A stretch of DNA of 26,320 nt from Anaerolineae bacterium (GCA_049694275.1 JBAVQS010000347.1:1-26320), one strand, 5' to 3'; counted from the first letter of the stretch, positions 8,460 to 16,574 are shown. Made by a program: numbers and translations. Notes: a model not told the origin generated them from the letters alone.

Positions 8460-9824
8460 ATGCTGCTACGCTGCAAACTATTCGGCAAGACCTACGAATT
8501 CCGCGACATCCGCGAGCTGATGGGCAAGGCGAACGAAGAGAAATCGGGCGACCGACTCGCGGGTGTTGCCGCCGCTTCCGCGATCGAGCGCGCCGCGGCC
8601 AAGTACGTCTTGAGCGAGGTGCCGCTCGCGGTCCTGCGCGCCAATCCCGCGGTCCCGTACGACCAGGATGAGGTGACACGCGTCATCGACGATGCCGTCG
8701 ACGACAAGGTCTATCAACAGATCAAGGGGTGGACCGTTGGCGAGCTCCGCGAATGGATTCTCGACAACAAGACGACCGGCGAAGAGATCCAGCGCATCTC
8801 GAACGGGCTCACCAGCGAGATGATCGCCGCCGTCGCCCGGCTCATGTCTAACCTCGACCTCGTGTGGGGCGCCCGCAAGATTCGCGTGATGACCCACGCC
8901 AACAACACGATGGGGGTCGAGGGGACGCTCGCCTCGCGCAACCAACCCAATCATCCGACCGACGACCCCGATGGCATTCGCGCCGAAATCTATGAGGGAC
9001 TCGCGTACGGTTCGGGCGATTCCGTTATCGGCATCAACCCGGTGGACGACTCGCTCGCCAGCGTCCAGCGTCTGCTCGACATGAGCTACAAGGTCATCAC
9101 CGATTGGAAGATTCCGACGCAGAACTGTGTGCTCGCCCACGTCACCACCCAGATGGAGGCGATCAAGCGGGGCTCTCCCGAAGGCCTGATCTTTCAGTCG
9201 ATCGCCGGCTCGCAAAAGGGGAACGAGTCGTTTGGCATCTCGGTGGGGATGCTCGACGAGGCGTATGCCCTGGCCCAAAAACACTGCGTCTCCCAGGGGC
9301 CGAATTTCATGTATTTCGAGACCGGCGAGGGGGCCGAGCTCTCGGCGAACGCGCACAACGGCTGGGACCAGCTCACCCTCGAAGTCCGCTGTTACGGCCT
9401 GGCCAAGCGGTACAAGCCCTTCCAGGTCAACTCGGTCGTCGGCTTTATCGGTCCCGAGTATCTCTACGACGCCAAGCAGATTGCCCGCGCCGGACTCGAA
9501 GACCACTTTTGCGGCAAGCTCAGCGGGATTTCGATGGGCTGCGACGCCTGTTATACCAACCACGCCCGCGCCGACCAGAATGACCTGGAGAACCTCTCCG
9601 TCCTCCTGACCGCGGCCGGCTGTAACTATTTCATGGGCGTGCCGATGGGCGACGACCCGATGCTCAGCTACCAGTCCAATTCGTTCCACGATGCGCCCAC
9701 CCTGCGCCAGATCTTTCGCCTCCGCCCCCTGCCCGAATTCGAGCAGTGGTTGGAGCAGATGGGCCTCTGGAAAAACGGCATGTTGACGGAAAAGGCCGGC
9801 GACCCGACAATCTTTATCAAGTAG
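8460..9824 (+). CDS. eutB: Ethanolamine ammonia-lyase large subunit
   Basis: From M at 8460 the protein aligns end to end with EutB: LFGKTYEFRDIRELMGKANEEKSGDRLAGVAAAS...IGINPVDD...IPTQNCVLAHVTTQMEAIKRG...GFIGPEYLYDAKQIARAGLEDHFCGKLSGISMGCDACYTNHA...AGCNYFMGVPMGDD. The upstream in-frame extension to 8430 is unlikely. Confidence 0.9.
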   Translation: MLLRCKLFGKTYEFRDIRELMGKANEEKSGDRLAGVAAASAIERAAAKYVLSEVPLAVLRANPAVPYDQDEVTRVIDDAVDDKVYQQIKGWTVGELREWILDNKTTGEEIQRISNGLTSEMIAAVARLMSNLDLVWGARKIRVMTHANNTMGVEGTLASRNQPNHPTDDPDGIRAEIYEGLAYGSGDSVIGINPVDDSLASVQRLLDMSYKVITDWKIPTQNCVLAHVTTQMEAIKRGSPEGLIFQSIAGSQKGNESFGISVGMLDEAYALAQKHCVSQGPNFMYFETGEGAELSANAHNGWDQLTLEVRCYGLAKRYKPFQVNSVVGFIGPEYLYDAKQIARAGLEDHFCGKLSGISMGCDACYTNHARADQNDLENLSVLLTAAGCNYFMGVPMGDDPMLSYQSNSFHDAPTLRQIFRLRPLPEFEQWLEQMGLWKNGMLTEKAGDPTIFIK

Positions 9825-9826
9825 CG

Positions 9827-9860
9827 AGACCCGAAGGGTTTTTGGAAACCCTTCGGGTCT
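9827..9860 (+). other. 15-bp perfect stem / 4-nt loop hairpin in the eutB-eutC intercistronic spacer
   Basis: AGACCCGAAGGGTTT-TTGG-AAACCCTTCGGGTCT begins 3 nt after the eutB stop. No U-tract follows it. Confidence 0.7.
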
Positions 9861-9878
9861 GGATGTACGCCAAGTGAC

Positions 9879-10790
9879 ATGGACCAGAAACAGATTGATA
9901 CCCTCGTCGACATGATCGTCGCCGAGATCCAGCGCCAGGGTCTTGCCTCGACTCGATCGGCCCCTCCCCCATCCCCTGCAGGGAGAGGGGCAGGTTCCGG
10001 CGACAGCCTCACCCTTGATCTTCCCGACCTCACCATCCCGGAGCTCAGGCAGCGCGCATACATCCACAAGCCGGTCAAGCCGGACGCCTTGCGCGTGCTG
10101 ATGGCGACGACCTCGGCGCGCATCGGGATTGGCCGCACCGGCCCTCGTTATCGCACCACGCCGCAGTTGCTCTTTTGGTCGGACCACGCCGTAACCCAAG
10201 ATGCGCTGTTCAAAGAGATTGATCCGGCCCTCTTGAAACAGTTCAACCTCTTTGAAGTTCAGACAAAAGCAAAAGACCGGCAGGAATACCTGCTCCGCCC
10301 CGACCTCGGCCGGCAGCTTTCCGACCAGGCCAAAGCGACGCTCGCGCAGAAATGCGTCAAGCAGCCGGATGTCCAGTTATATGTCGCGGACGGGCTGGCA
10401 GCAACGGCAATCGAGCACAACCTGCGCGATATGTATCCCGTCATTCAGCAAGGGCTGCAGCAGGCGGGATTAAAGATGGGCACGCCATTCTATGTGAAAT
10501 ACGGGCGCGTGGGGCTGATGAACGATGTGAATGCCATTGTGGATGCCAAGGTGGTCGTCACGCTCATCGGCGAACGGCCGGGGCTGGGCCGCGCCGAATC
10601 GATGAGCGCCTATATGGGCTATCGCCCGCAGCCCGATTCGACCGACGCCGACCGGGACGTAGTCTGCAATATCTTTAACGGCGGCGCCAATCCGTTGGAG
10701 GCCGGCGCGTATGTCGTCGAATTCATTAAAAAGATGATTCAGAACCAGGCCAGCGGCGTCAAGCTGAAATTGAAATCGACGGAAAAATAG
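9879..10790 (+). CDS. eutC: Ethanolamine ammonia-lyase small subunit
   Basis: The protein starts MDQKQI... as EutC does. The conserved core is present: LRPDLGRQLSDQAKATL...QLYVADGLAATAI...GTPFYVKYGRVGLMNDV...VVVTLIGERPGLGRAESMSAY...CNIFNGGANPLEAGAYVVEFIKKMI. Confidence 0.9.
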   Translation: MDQKQIDTLVDMIVAEIQRQGLASTRSAPPPSPAGRGAGSGDSLTLDLPDLTIPELRQRAYIHKPVKPDALRVLMATTSARIGIGRTGPRYRTTPQLLFWSDHAVTQDALFKEIDPALLKQFNLFEVQTKAKDRQEYLLRPDLGRQLSDQAKATLAQKCVKQPDVQLYVADGLAATAIEHNLRDMYPVIQQGLQQAGLKMGTPFYVKYGRVGLMNDVNAIVDAKVVVTLIGERPGLGRAESMSAYMGYRPQPDSTDADRDVVCNIFNGGANPLEAGAYVVEFIKKMIQNQASGVKLKLKSTEK

Positions 10791-10793
10791 ATT

Positions 10794-11450
10794 ATGGCGA
10801 TTCTCGATCCGATCAAGGCGACCGTGCTCGCCGTGCGGCTCATTCCCAACATCGACCCGGCGTTCGCAGCGCAGCTCAAGCTTGAACCGCGCGAGCGGAG
10901 CATCGGCTTTCTCACGACGGATATTGACGATGCGACCTATACCGCGATCGACGAGGCAACCAAGCACGCCGATGTGCGCGTCGCCTATGCCAAATCATTC
11001 TATGCGGGCTCGCGTCACGCCTCGGGGCCGCTATCAGGCGAGATTATGGCAGTGCTCGCCGGTCCGGACCCGGCCGAGGTACGCGCCGGGCTCAACGCGG
11101 CGCTCCAGTACATTCGCGACGAGGCATGGTTCTATTCGGCGAATGAGGATGGTTCGCTCGCCTTTTTCCCGCATCTCATCTCGCGCACCGGCAGCTATCT
11201 GAGCCAGACCGCCGGCGTGCCGCAAGGGACGGCGATGGCGTATCTGATCGCGCCGCCGCTGGAAGCGACGTACGCCATCGATTGCGCGCTCAAAGCGGCC
11301 AACGTCACCTTGCGCGTCTGGTTCGCCCCGCCCTCCGAGACTAACTTTTCCGGCGCGCTGCTGACCGGCGACCAGTCCGCCTGTCGCGCGGCCACCAAAG
11401 CCTTTCAGGAAGCGGTCCTGGAGGTTGCAGGACACCCGATCCAATTCTGA
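10794..11450 (+). CDS. eutL: BMC-T (tandem BMC domain) shell protein, EutL-like
   Basis: The 218-aa protein matches EutL throughout: IKATVLAVRLIPNIDPAFAAQLKL...SRTGSYLSQTAGVPQGTAMAYLIAPPLEATYAIDCALKAANV...PPSETNFSGALLTGDQSACRAA. The start lies 3 nt after the eutC stop. Confidence 0.85.
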   Translation: MAILDPIKATVLAVRLIPNIDPAFAAQLKLEPRERSIGFLTTDIDDATYTAIDEATKHADVRVAYAKSFYAGSRHASGPLSGEIMAVLAGPDPAEVRAGLNAALQYIRDEAWFYSANEDGSLAFFPHLISRTGSYLSQTAGVPQGTAMAYLIAPPLEATYAIDCALKAANVTLRVWFAPPSETNFSGALLTGDQSACRAATKAFQEAVLEVAGHPIQF

Positions 11451-11460
11451 GAACGCCATT

Positions 11461-11504
11461 CCCCCCCTCTCCTGTTTAACGGGGGAGGGGTTAGGGGGTG
11501 GGGG
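11461..11504 (+). other. C-run + canonical G-quadruplex motif (G5-A-G4-TTA-G5-T-G5) in the eutL-eutM spacer, sense strand
   Basis: CCCCCCCTCTCC TGTTTAAC GGGGGAGGGGTTAGGGGGTGGGGG could also fold as a 9-bp C:G hairpin. The motif lies 25 nt upstream of the eutM ATG. Confidence 0.7.
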
Positions 11505-11528
11505 TAAGGATAAGAGGAGCAGACAAGA

Positions 11529-11843
11529 ATGGCAGATCGTAACCCGAACATGATCGCCCTCGGCATGGTCGAGACCCGGGGCCTCGTCGGCGCCATCGAA
11601 GCCGCCGACGCGATGGTCAAGGCGGCGAACGTCACGTTGATGGGCAGCGAATACATCGGCGGCGGCTTTGTCACCGTCATGGTGCGCGGCGATGTCGGCG
11701 CGGTCAAGGCCGCGACCGATGCGGGCGCCGCGGCGGCCAAGCGCGTCGGCGAGCTGGTGAGTGTCCACGTCATCCCGCGCCCCCATGAAGAGGTCGAGAT
11801 GATTCTGCCCGACAAGAGCAAGGGCAATTTTGGCGGACGCTAG
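11529..11843 (+). CDS. eutM: BMC-H (single BMC domain hexamer) shell protein, EutM/PduA-like
   Basis: [79 protein letters not shown] is a near-canonical BMC-H sequence. An SD (AGAGGAG) lies upstream. Confidence 0.9.
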   Translation: MADRNPNMIALGMVETRGLVGAIEAADAMVKAANVTLMGSEYIGGGFVTVMVRGDVGAVKAATDAGAAAAKRVGELVSVHVIPRPHEEVEMILPDKSKGNFGGR

Positions 11844-12402
11844 TCCCGTGAAACGGCTGGTCACCGCCGCCGATATTCGCGACTATATCCGATGTGGCGA
11901 GACACACATCGATCTTGGCCCCGACGATCTGGTCACGGCCGAGGCCGAGGATGTGGCCACGAATGCGGGGATCTCGCTAGTGCGCGCGACAGGCATGGCA
12001 GCGGTAGAGCAGGCACGCGTACAGGCCCACGCGCCCCGCGGCGATAAGCGCACAGTCAAAGTCGTACGCGGCGGGCAAGTCCCCATGGAGCCCTTTGCGT
12101 TCGACGTCAAGCGGCCGGATATGAACATTTGCACGACGGACGTCGTCACCGACAGCGACGGCTCGCCCATGGGCGCGGGGTTCATGAGCATGGAACAGGG
12201 GTCTTTCCCCTGGACGCTCAACTATGACGAGATTGATATCGTCCTCGAAGGCGAGCTCGTCATCCAGGTGGGCGACGAGAGCTATTCCGGCCACGCGGGC
12301 GACGTAATCTATATTCCACGCGGCGCGAGCATCCGGTTTGCCACGCCGACCCGCTGCCGTTTTGTCTATGTGACTTATCCCGCCAATTGGAACGCACAAT
12401 AA
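11830..12402 (+). CDS. eutQ: EutQ-like cupin protein (ethanolamine utilisation, acetate kinase-type cupin)
   Basis: The C-terminal cupin [51 protein letters not shown] matches EutQ. The track start is TTG at 11830, overlapping the eutM end. GTG at 11848 is an alternative start. Confidence 0.75.
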   Translation: MADASPVKRLVTAADIRDYIRCGETHIDLGPDDLVTAEAEDVATNAGISLVRATGMAAVEQARVQAHAPRGDKRTVKVVRGGQVPMEPFAFDVKRPDMNICTTDVVTDSDGSPMGAGFMSMEQGSFPWTLNYDEIDIVLEGELVIQVGDESYSGHAGDVIYIPRGASIRFATPTRCRFVYVTYPANWNAQ

Positions 12403-12430
12403 TCTGCAAAAAGGCTTGACCTGCCAGGGG

Positions 12431-12455
12431 AGAGACGGCATGGCATGCCGTCTCT
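12431..12455. terminator. Perfect 12-bp inverted repeat between convergent eutQ (+) and the lipoprotein gene (-); likely bidirectional terminator
   Basis: AGAGACGGCATG g CATGCCGTCTCT. A T-run (GCCTTTTTGC) lies 15 nt away on the minus-strand side. Confidence 0.45.
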
Positions 12456-12461
12456 AAAACC

Positions 12462-13106
12462 CTACTGGCCGAGAAACCGGAACGAATCCAGGAACAGGTA
12501 CCCCTGCGCCTGCTCCTCCTGCCCTTGTGTCATGACGACAATGATCTGGTAGAGCCGGTTACCCCGAAAGAACATGCGCCCCTGCATCACCCCGGTGATA
12601 GACCGCTGCGAGTTGGGCGGAATCTCCCCGCTAAACTCCACTCCCGGCACCCCGTCCAGCGAACCAAACGTCCGCGAGATGAGCTTGCCGCTGACGTTTG
12701 TGACGGCGCCGTTCACGGCATTGCTCAACAGGTCTGTCACCCTGGCTTGACTCACCGCGCCGGCCGGATAATCCGCATAGCCAACCAGGTACGCGGCGCT
12801 CCCTTTGTTGTCCATGAACATGTGTAATTGAACGTGGCCCAGCGAAGAGTCGGCAGCCTGGACCTGCTCGGACGGCATGTTCGGCATGCTGATCGAAAAC
12901 CCGCCCGCAGTGGAGGTCAAGGTCTTCCAGCCGACGGCGAGGGTCGGGGTCAGAGACAGCGTGGGGAAAAGGGTCGGCGCGGGTTGGGGCGTCGGAGTTG
13001 GCGTGATGACCGCCTCACGCGTCGGCGGGGAGGGCGATGCGTCGGGGGGCGCATTACACGCGGACAATGCCATCAGGGCAAGTGCGAATATCAACAAGCG
13101 TCTCAT
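12462..13106 (-). CDS. Predicted lipoprotein (signal peptide + lipobox LSAC), Pro/Thr-rich linker, unknown function
   Basis: The N-terminus MRRLLIFALALMALSAC is preceded by SD AAAGGAGG and a TATAAT at 13128-13133 on the minus strand. Confidence 0.6.
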   Translation of the reverse strand: MRRLLIFALALMALSACNAPPDASPSPPTREAVITPTPTPQPAPTLFPTLSLTPTLAVGWKTLTSTAGGFSISMPNMPSEQVQAADSSLGHVQLHMFMDNKGSAAYLVGYADYPAGAVSQARVTDLLSNAVNGAVTNVSGKLISRTFGSLDGVPGVEFSGEIPPNSQRSITGVMQGRMFFRGNRLYQIIVVMTQGQEEQAQGYLFLDSFRFLGQ

Positions 13107-13180
13107 CCATTCCTCCTTTGGAGCTCGCCTGATTATATCGCAAACTCTTGCTGCGCGCTCCCGCGTTTTTCATGAAACCA

Positions 13181-13432
13181 TCAGGGAGCGCTGCCGCTTG
13201 TGGCGCCAAGCAACAGTGAAATCGCGCCGCATAGCGCAATAAAATAGCACAGGCGGCTGAGCCAGCTCGTGCGCAAGCCGTAGTAAAGGCCGATGAATGG
13301 AACAAGGAAAAACAGGAGGACATAGACTGCACACGCGTCGAAATGGGAGTCCAAGAGGAACATCCATGCACCCCACGCAATCCCGATTGCCAGGGCCAGG
13401 ACGATGATCGCGGGCCATAGATCGATCAGCAT
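13181..13432 (-). CDS. Small hydrophobic membrane protein (83 aa), hypothetical
   Basis: A strong SD (GGGAGGGTG) lies 5 nt upstream. The protein has two or three predicted TM helices. The overlapping alternative-frame ORFs look like non-coding shadows. Confidence 0.5.
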   Translation of the reverse strand: MLIDLWPAIIVLALAIGIAWGAWMFLLDSHFDACAVYVLLFFLVPFIGLYYGLRTSWLSRLCYFIALCGAISLLLGATSGSAP

Positions 13433-13684
13433 TTCCGCACCCTCCCTTTTTCCTGTGTTCGGGACCTACCCCCAACCCCCTCTCTGAATGGGACGGGGAG
13501 GAGTAGCGCAGAGTGAGAATCCGCCTATTCTCTTTATACCACACAACGGCCCGCGCTGCCTGACATCCGCCTGACGACTCGCGGCTACTGTAGATTGAAC
13601 GCTCTTTCTGAAAAAAAAGGGTAACCGCTATCATAAAAGATACAATTCCTACACGGGGATACCCCGTGTGTTTCATTTCCCGCG

Positions 13685-13693
13685 TGCTATAAT
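13685..13693 (+). promoter_or_regulatory. Extended -10 element TGcTATAAT placed 6 nt upstream of the DUF456 ATG (leaderless geometry)
   Basis: TG is at 13685-86, TATAAT at 13688-13693 and ATG at 13700. Confidence 0.5.
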
Positions 13694-13699
13694 ACGCCT

Positions 13700-14185
13700 A
13701 TGGATACTGCGTCGGCGTTCCTGCTTTCACTCGTCCTCATGGTCATTGGACTGCTTGGCACGCTCGTGCCCGGCATCCCCGGAGTTCCGCTCGTCTGGGT
13801 CGGGCTCATCCTCTTTGGCATTCTCGACCGGTTGCAACACTTGCCCCTTCCTACCTTTCTCCTCTTGAACCTGATCGCCATCATTGGCACCAGCGCCGGC
13901 ATCTGGGGCACGCAGCTCTGGACCCGCAAAAGCGGCGCATCCGGCTGCTCCTCGATGGTCGGCTCTTGCCTGCTCGTCCTCGGCCTCGTCTTTTTCACGC
14001 TCCCGTACGCGCTCTTGCTCGCCGTGCTCGGCGTCTTTGGCCTGGAGTGGCGCCGGCGCAGTGACGCCAAGCGCGCTGCCCTGAGCAGCTCCGCGTGGCT
14101 CATCGGCTGGCTCTTTTCCACGCTCATCGAATTTGGCGCCGCTTTTATCATCATTATCCTGTTTATCCAGGCTGTGCTCTCGTAA
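13700..14185 (+). CDS. DUF456-family integral membrane protein
   Basis: The N-terminus LSLVLMVIGLLGTLVPGIPGVPLVWVGLILFG is typical of DUF456. There are four predicted TM helices. An extended -10 lies immediately upstream. Confidence 0.6.
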   Translation: MDTASAFLLSLVLMVIGLLGTLVPGIPGVPLVWVGLILFGILDRLQHLPLPTFLLLNLIAIIGTSAGIWGTQLWTRKSGASGCSSMVGSCLLVLGLVFFTLPYALLLAVLGVFGLEWRRRSDAKRAALSSSAWLIGWLFSTLIEFGAAFIIIILFIQAVLS

Positions 14186-14338
14186 GCTTTGCCCCGGAAA
14201 CCGACTTTTTTGTTATTATCTTCTTAGTCGTCATTAATCTGCCTCTAACCCTGCGGACGATAATAAGAGTGAGTAAGGAAAACGAGTAAACCCCAAAAGG
14301 CTAATTCAAGCGTTACTGTTTCTACAAGGAGCAAAACC

Positions 14339-15565
14339 ATGTCAAACCGATCTATTTCAGGTTGGATACTAGTCATCGTTGCACTGGCGTTACTGGTTGG
14401 CATTGCCGGCGGCGGTGTCATGGGTGGCGCCGTTAGTTATTACGTACTGAGTCAGAACCATGCTGTGGGCGCCGTGAACTCGCCCGCGCCGCAGTTGGTC
14501 GCAAATCGCTCGACCGGCCAGGCGCCGGCGACCACCAATCTCAGCGTGACTGAAGACTCTGCTGTGATCGACGTTTCCAAAAAGGCTTCGCCCGCCGTCG
14601 TCACCGTCATCAACACACTTCAGGCCCAGCCCACGACGGGACGGCGCACGCGCCCCGTGCCAACCAATCCGTTCGGCAATCCGAATGGCCCCACCACGCC
14701 CAGTACAAATATCGCCGAGGGCTCGGGGGTGATTATCGACACGCAGGGCCATATTATTACCAATAACCATGTCGTCGACGGCGCACAAAAGCTGGATGTC
14801 GTCTATGCCGATGGCACCAAAGTGAGCGCCAAGCTGATCGGCGCCGACGCGATAAGCGATCTCGCCGTGCTCCAGGTCAGCGGCAATGTGCCCGCTACCC
14901 TCAGTCTGGGCGATTCGAACGCTCTGCAGATCGGCGAAACGGTCGTAGCTATTGGCAGCCCGCTGGGCAGCTATCGCGGCTCGGTCACCGTCGGCATCGT
15001 CAGCGGCCTGAATCGCAGCGTGGATGGAAGCGGCCAGGATGGACTCATCCAGACCGACGCCGCCATCAATCACGGCAACTCGGGTGGCCCGCTCGTCAAT
15101 CTGGCCGGCCAGGTCGTCGGCATCAATACGCTCGTCGTCCGCGATACCCAGAGCGGGGACGTGGCCGAAGGTCTTGGCTTTGCAATCCCGTCCAATGTCG
15201 TCTCGTCAGTGGTCAACCAGCTCATCGCCCAAGGCAAGGTGTCCTATCCCTTTATCGGCGTCACCTATAACCAGATCAACCCGCAGAGCGCCGCCGAGCT
15301 GAATCTCTCTATCCAGCAGGGCGTCATCGTGCAGGATGTCTCGCCCGGCACACCCGCCGCCTCGGCCGGGATTCAGGCAAACGACGTCATCACCGCGATT
15401 GACGGCACCCTGATCGACGAGTCGCATTCGCTGCGCTCGATCCTTTACCAGCACCAGGTCGGCGATACGGTTACACTGACGGTCATGCGCAACGGCCAGA
15501 CCCTGTCAGTCAAGCTCACACTCGCCGCACGCCCCGGCCAGACCAGCGCCGGCGCTCCCGGCTAA
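14339..15565 (+). CDS. htrA: HtrA/DegP-family serine protease (trypsin-like S1C) with C-terminal PDZ domain and N-terminal membrane anchor
   Basis: The catalytic triad context is GSGVIIDTQGHIITNNHVV ... SDLAVLQV ... TDAAINHGNSGGPLVN. The PDZ region is GVIVQDVSPGTPAASAGIQANDVITAIDG. An SD (AAGGAG) lies upstream. Confidence 0.9.
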   Translation: MSNRSISGWILVIVALALLVGIAGGGVMGGAVSYYVLSQNHAVGAVNSPAPQLVANRSTGQAPATTNLSVTEDSAVIDVSKKASPAVVTVINTLQAQPTTGRRTRPVPTNPFGNPNGPTTPSTNIAEGSGVIIDTQGHIITNNHVVDGAQKLDVVYADGTKVSAKLIGADAISDLAVLQVSGNVPATLSLGDSNALQIGETVVAIGSPLGSYRGSVTVGIVSGLNRSVDGSGQDGLIQTDAAINHGNSGGPLVNLAGQVVGINTLVVRDTQSGDVAEGLGFAIPSNVVSSVVNQLIAQGKVSYPFIGVTYNQINPQSAAELNLSIQQGVIVQDVSPGTPAASAGIQANDVITAIDGTLIDESHSLRSILYQHQVGDTVTLTVMRNGQTLSVKLTLAARPGQTSAGAPG

Positions 15566-15589
15566 ACATTCAGCCCGGAAAATCGGAAA

Positions 15590-15625
15590 CGCCCCCTGGA
15601 ACAGTTCACATCGTTCCAGGGGGCG
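15590..15625. terminator. Bidirectional intrinsic terminator between convergent htrA (+) and the DUF45 gene (-)
   Basis: A 13-bp perfect stem (CGCCCCCTGGAAC / GTTCCAGGGGGCG) with a 10-nt loop is flanked by A-rich sequence on the 5' side and T-containing sequence on the 3' side. Confidence 0.6.
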
Positions 15626-15648
15626 TATGGTTTCCAGCGATTCTGCGC

Positions 15649-16062
15649 TTACTCGCCTTGATGCGGGGGATATGGCTTGTCCATGAGGGCATAGACCACC
15701 CGCAGCCAGTGTTCGATCGATTCGTTCTGCACCAGGTTGTACTGTTCATACCACGCCGCGCGCTGCGATTTGGGCACGAACGACTCGACCAGGTTGTCAA
15801 ACACACGGTTCTGCGGCGATTCGACCAGGTGCGCGAGCTCATGCGCCAGCGAATGTTCCAGTTCATCCTGCAGCTGCTCTTCCACATTCAGCCCGATCCG
15901 CGCGACCCGCTCGGAATAGGACATGACATTGTATTGCTGATCCAATGGCAAGCGCCGGTACAGGCGCAATTTCACCACCCATGGCTGCAAGTGCAGCCGG
16001 TCAAACCATTCGACCAATTTTCTTTTTGCAAAATTCCGGTTCTTCATAGTAGACCCTGCCAT
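15649..16062 (-). CDS. DUF45/YgjP-like zinc metallohydrolase (HExxH)
   Basis: It carries the HSLAHELAHLVE motif characteristic of DUF45/WLM-type zincins. The protein is short at 137 aa. Confidence 0.55.
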   Translation of the reverse strand: MAGSTMKNRNFAKRKLVEWFDRLHLQPWVVKLRLYRRLPLDQQYNVMSYSERVARIGLNVEEQLQDELEHSLAHELAHLVESPQNRVFDNLVESFVPKSQRAAWYEQYNLVQNESIEHWLRVVYALMDKPYPPHQGE

Positions 16063-16150
16063 CTCCAGGCAGCAAGATGCTTGCCGACAACCAATAATAC
16101 ATCACTTTGCAGGATATATAAAACAAAGGGTGATTGTACAGCGCGAGTCA

Positions 16151-16189
16151 AAAGATAAAATAAGGCCCTTCTGGAATATCCAGCTGGCC
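16151..16189 (-). terminator. Intrinsic terminator after feoA: hairpin GGCC..CCAGCTGGCC then T-rich tract
   Basis: The hairpin spans 16164-16189. The plus-strand A-rich run 16151-16162 gives a TTATTTTATCTTT tail on the minus strand. Confidence 0.45.
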
Positions 16190-16199
16190 TTTTTCCTTT

Positions 16200-16574
16200 T
16201 TATCTGGGGACAAGCCGGACGTAAATATCGGCGGCAATCTCGTCGTCAACCGCGAATTGGCTATATCCGGCGTCAAACACGAATGAGGGGAAACGCTGTC
16301 TGAGTGTAATCGGGGCGCCGGGCAGGACCCCCATCGCCATCAGTTTGTTGACATGTGCGGAGTGATTGAGCTGTATATAGGCGATGCTCCCCGTTTGGCC
16401 AGGTTCAAGATCGCGCAGAGGGGCGATCAAGCGATTGACGGCCAGATTATGCTGCACCAGGTCATTGCCCCCCGCAGGCATCTCCCCATTGAGCGGCAAT
16501 CCGGCCTGGCCTTCCTCTTCGGTGGCAATCCACAACGCTTCCAACAGTTCCTGTTCATTCTCGCCAATATTCAT
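16200..16574 (-). CDS. feoA: FeoA-domain protein (SH3-like ferrous iron transport protein A) with a ~45-aa N-terminal extension
   Basis: The FeoA signature LRDLEPGQTGSIAYIQ...NKLMAMGVLPGAPITLRQRFPSFVFDAGYSQFAVDDEIAADIYV is present. SD AAAGGAG lies upstream. The gene is the last in the feo operon. Confidence 0.7.
   Translation of the reverse strand: MNIGENEQELLEALWIATEEEGQAGLPLNGEMPAGGNDLVQHNLAVNRLIAPLRDLEPGQTGSIAYIQLNHSAHVNKLMAMGVLPGAPITLRQRFPSFVFDAGYSQFAVDDEIAADIYVRLVPR

Noticed and set aside
8478-10199. 573-aa minus-strand ORF across eutB/eutC
   Set aside because: It is antisense to two genes with unambiguous EutB/EutC homology. Its low-complexity G/R/A-rich translation marks it as a shadow ORF.
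11034-11864. 276-aa minus-strand ORF across eutL/eutM
   Set aside because: It is antisense to conserved BMC shell genes and has an R/G/A-rich composition, so it is a shadow ORF.
13170-13676. 168-aa minus-strand ORF spanning the divergent intergenic region
   Set aside because: It runs through the promoter region. Its composition is junk-like (R/G/P/C-rich) and it has no SD. The 83-aa hydrophobic ORF with a strong SD (13181-13432) is preferred.
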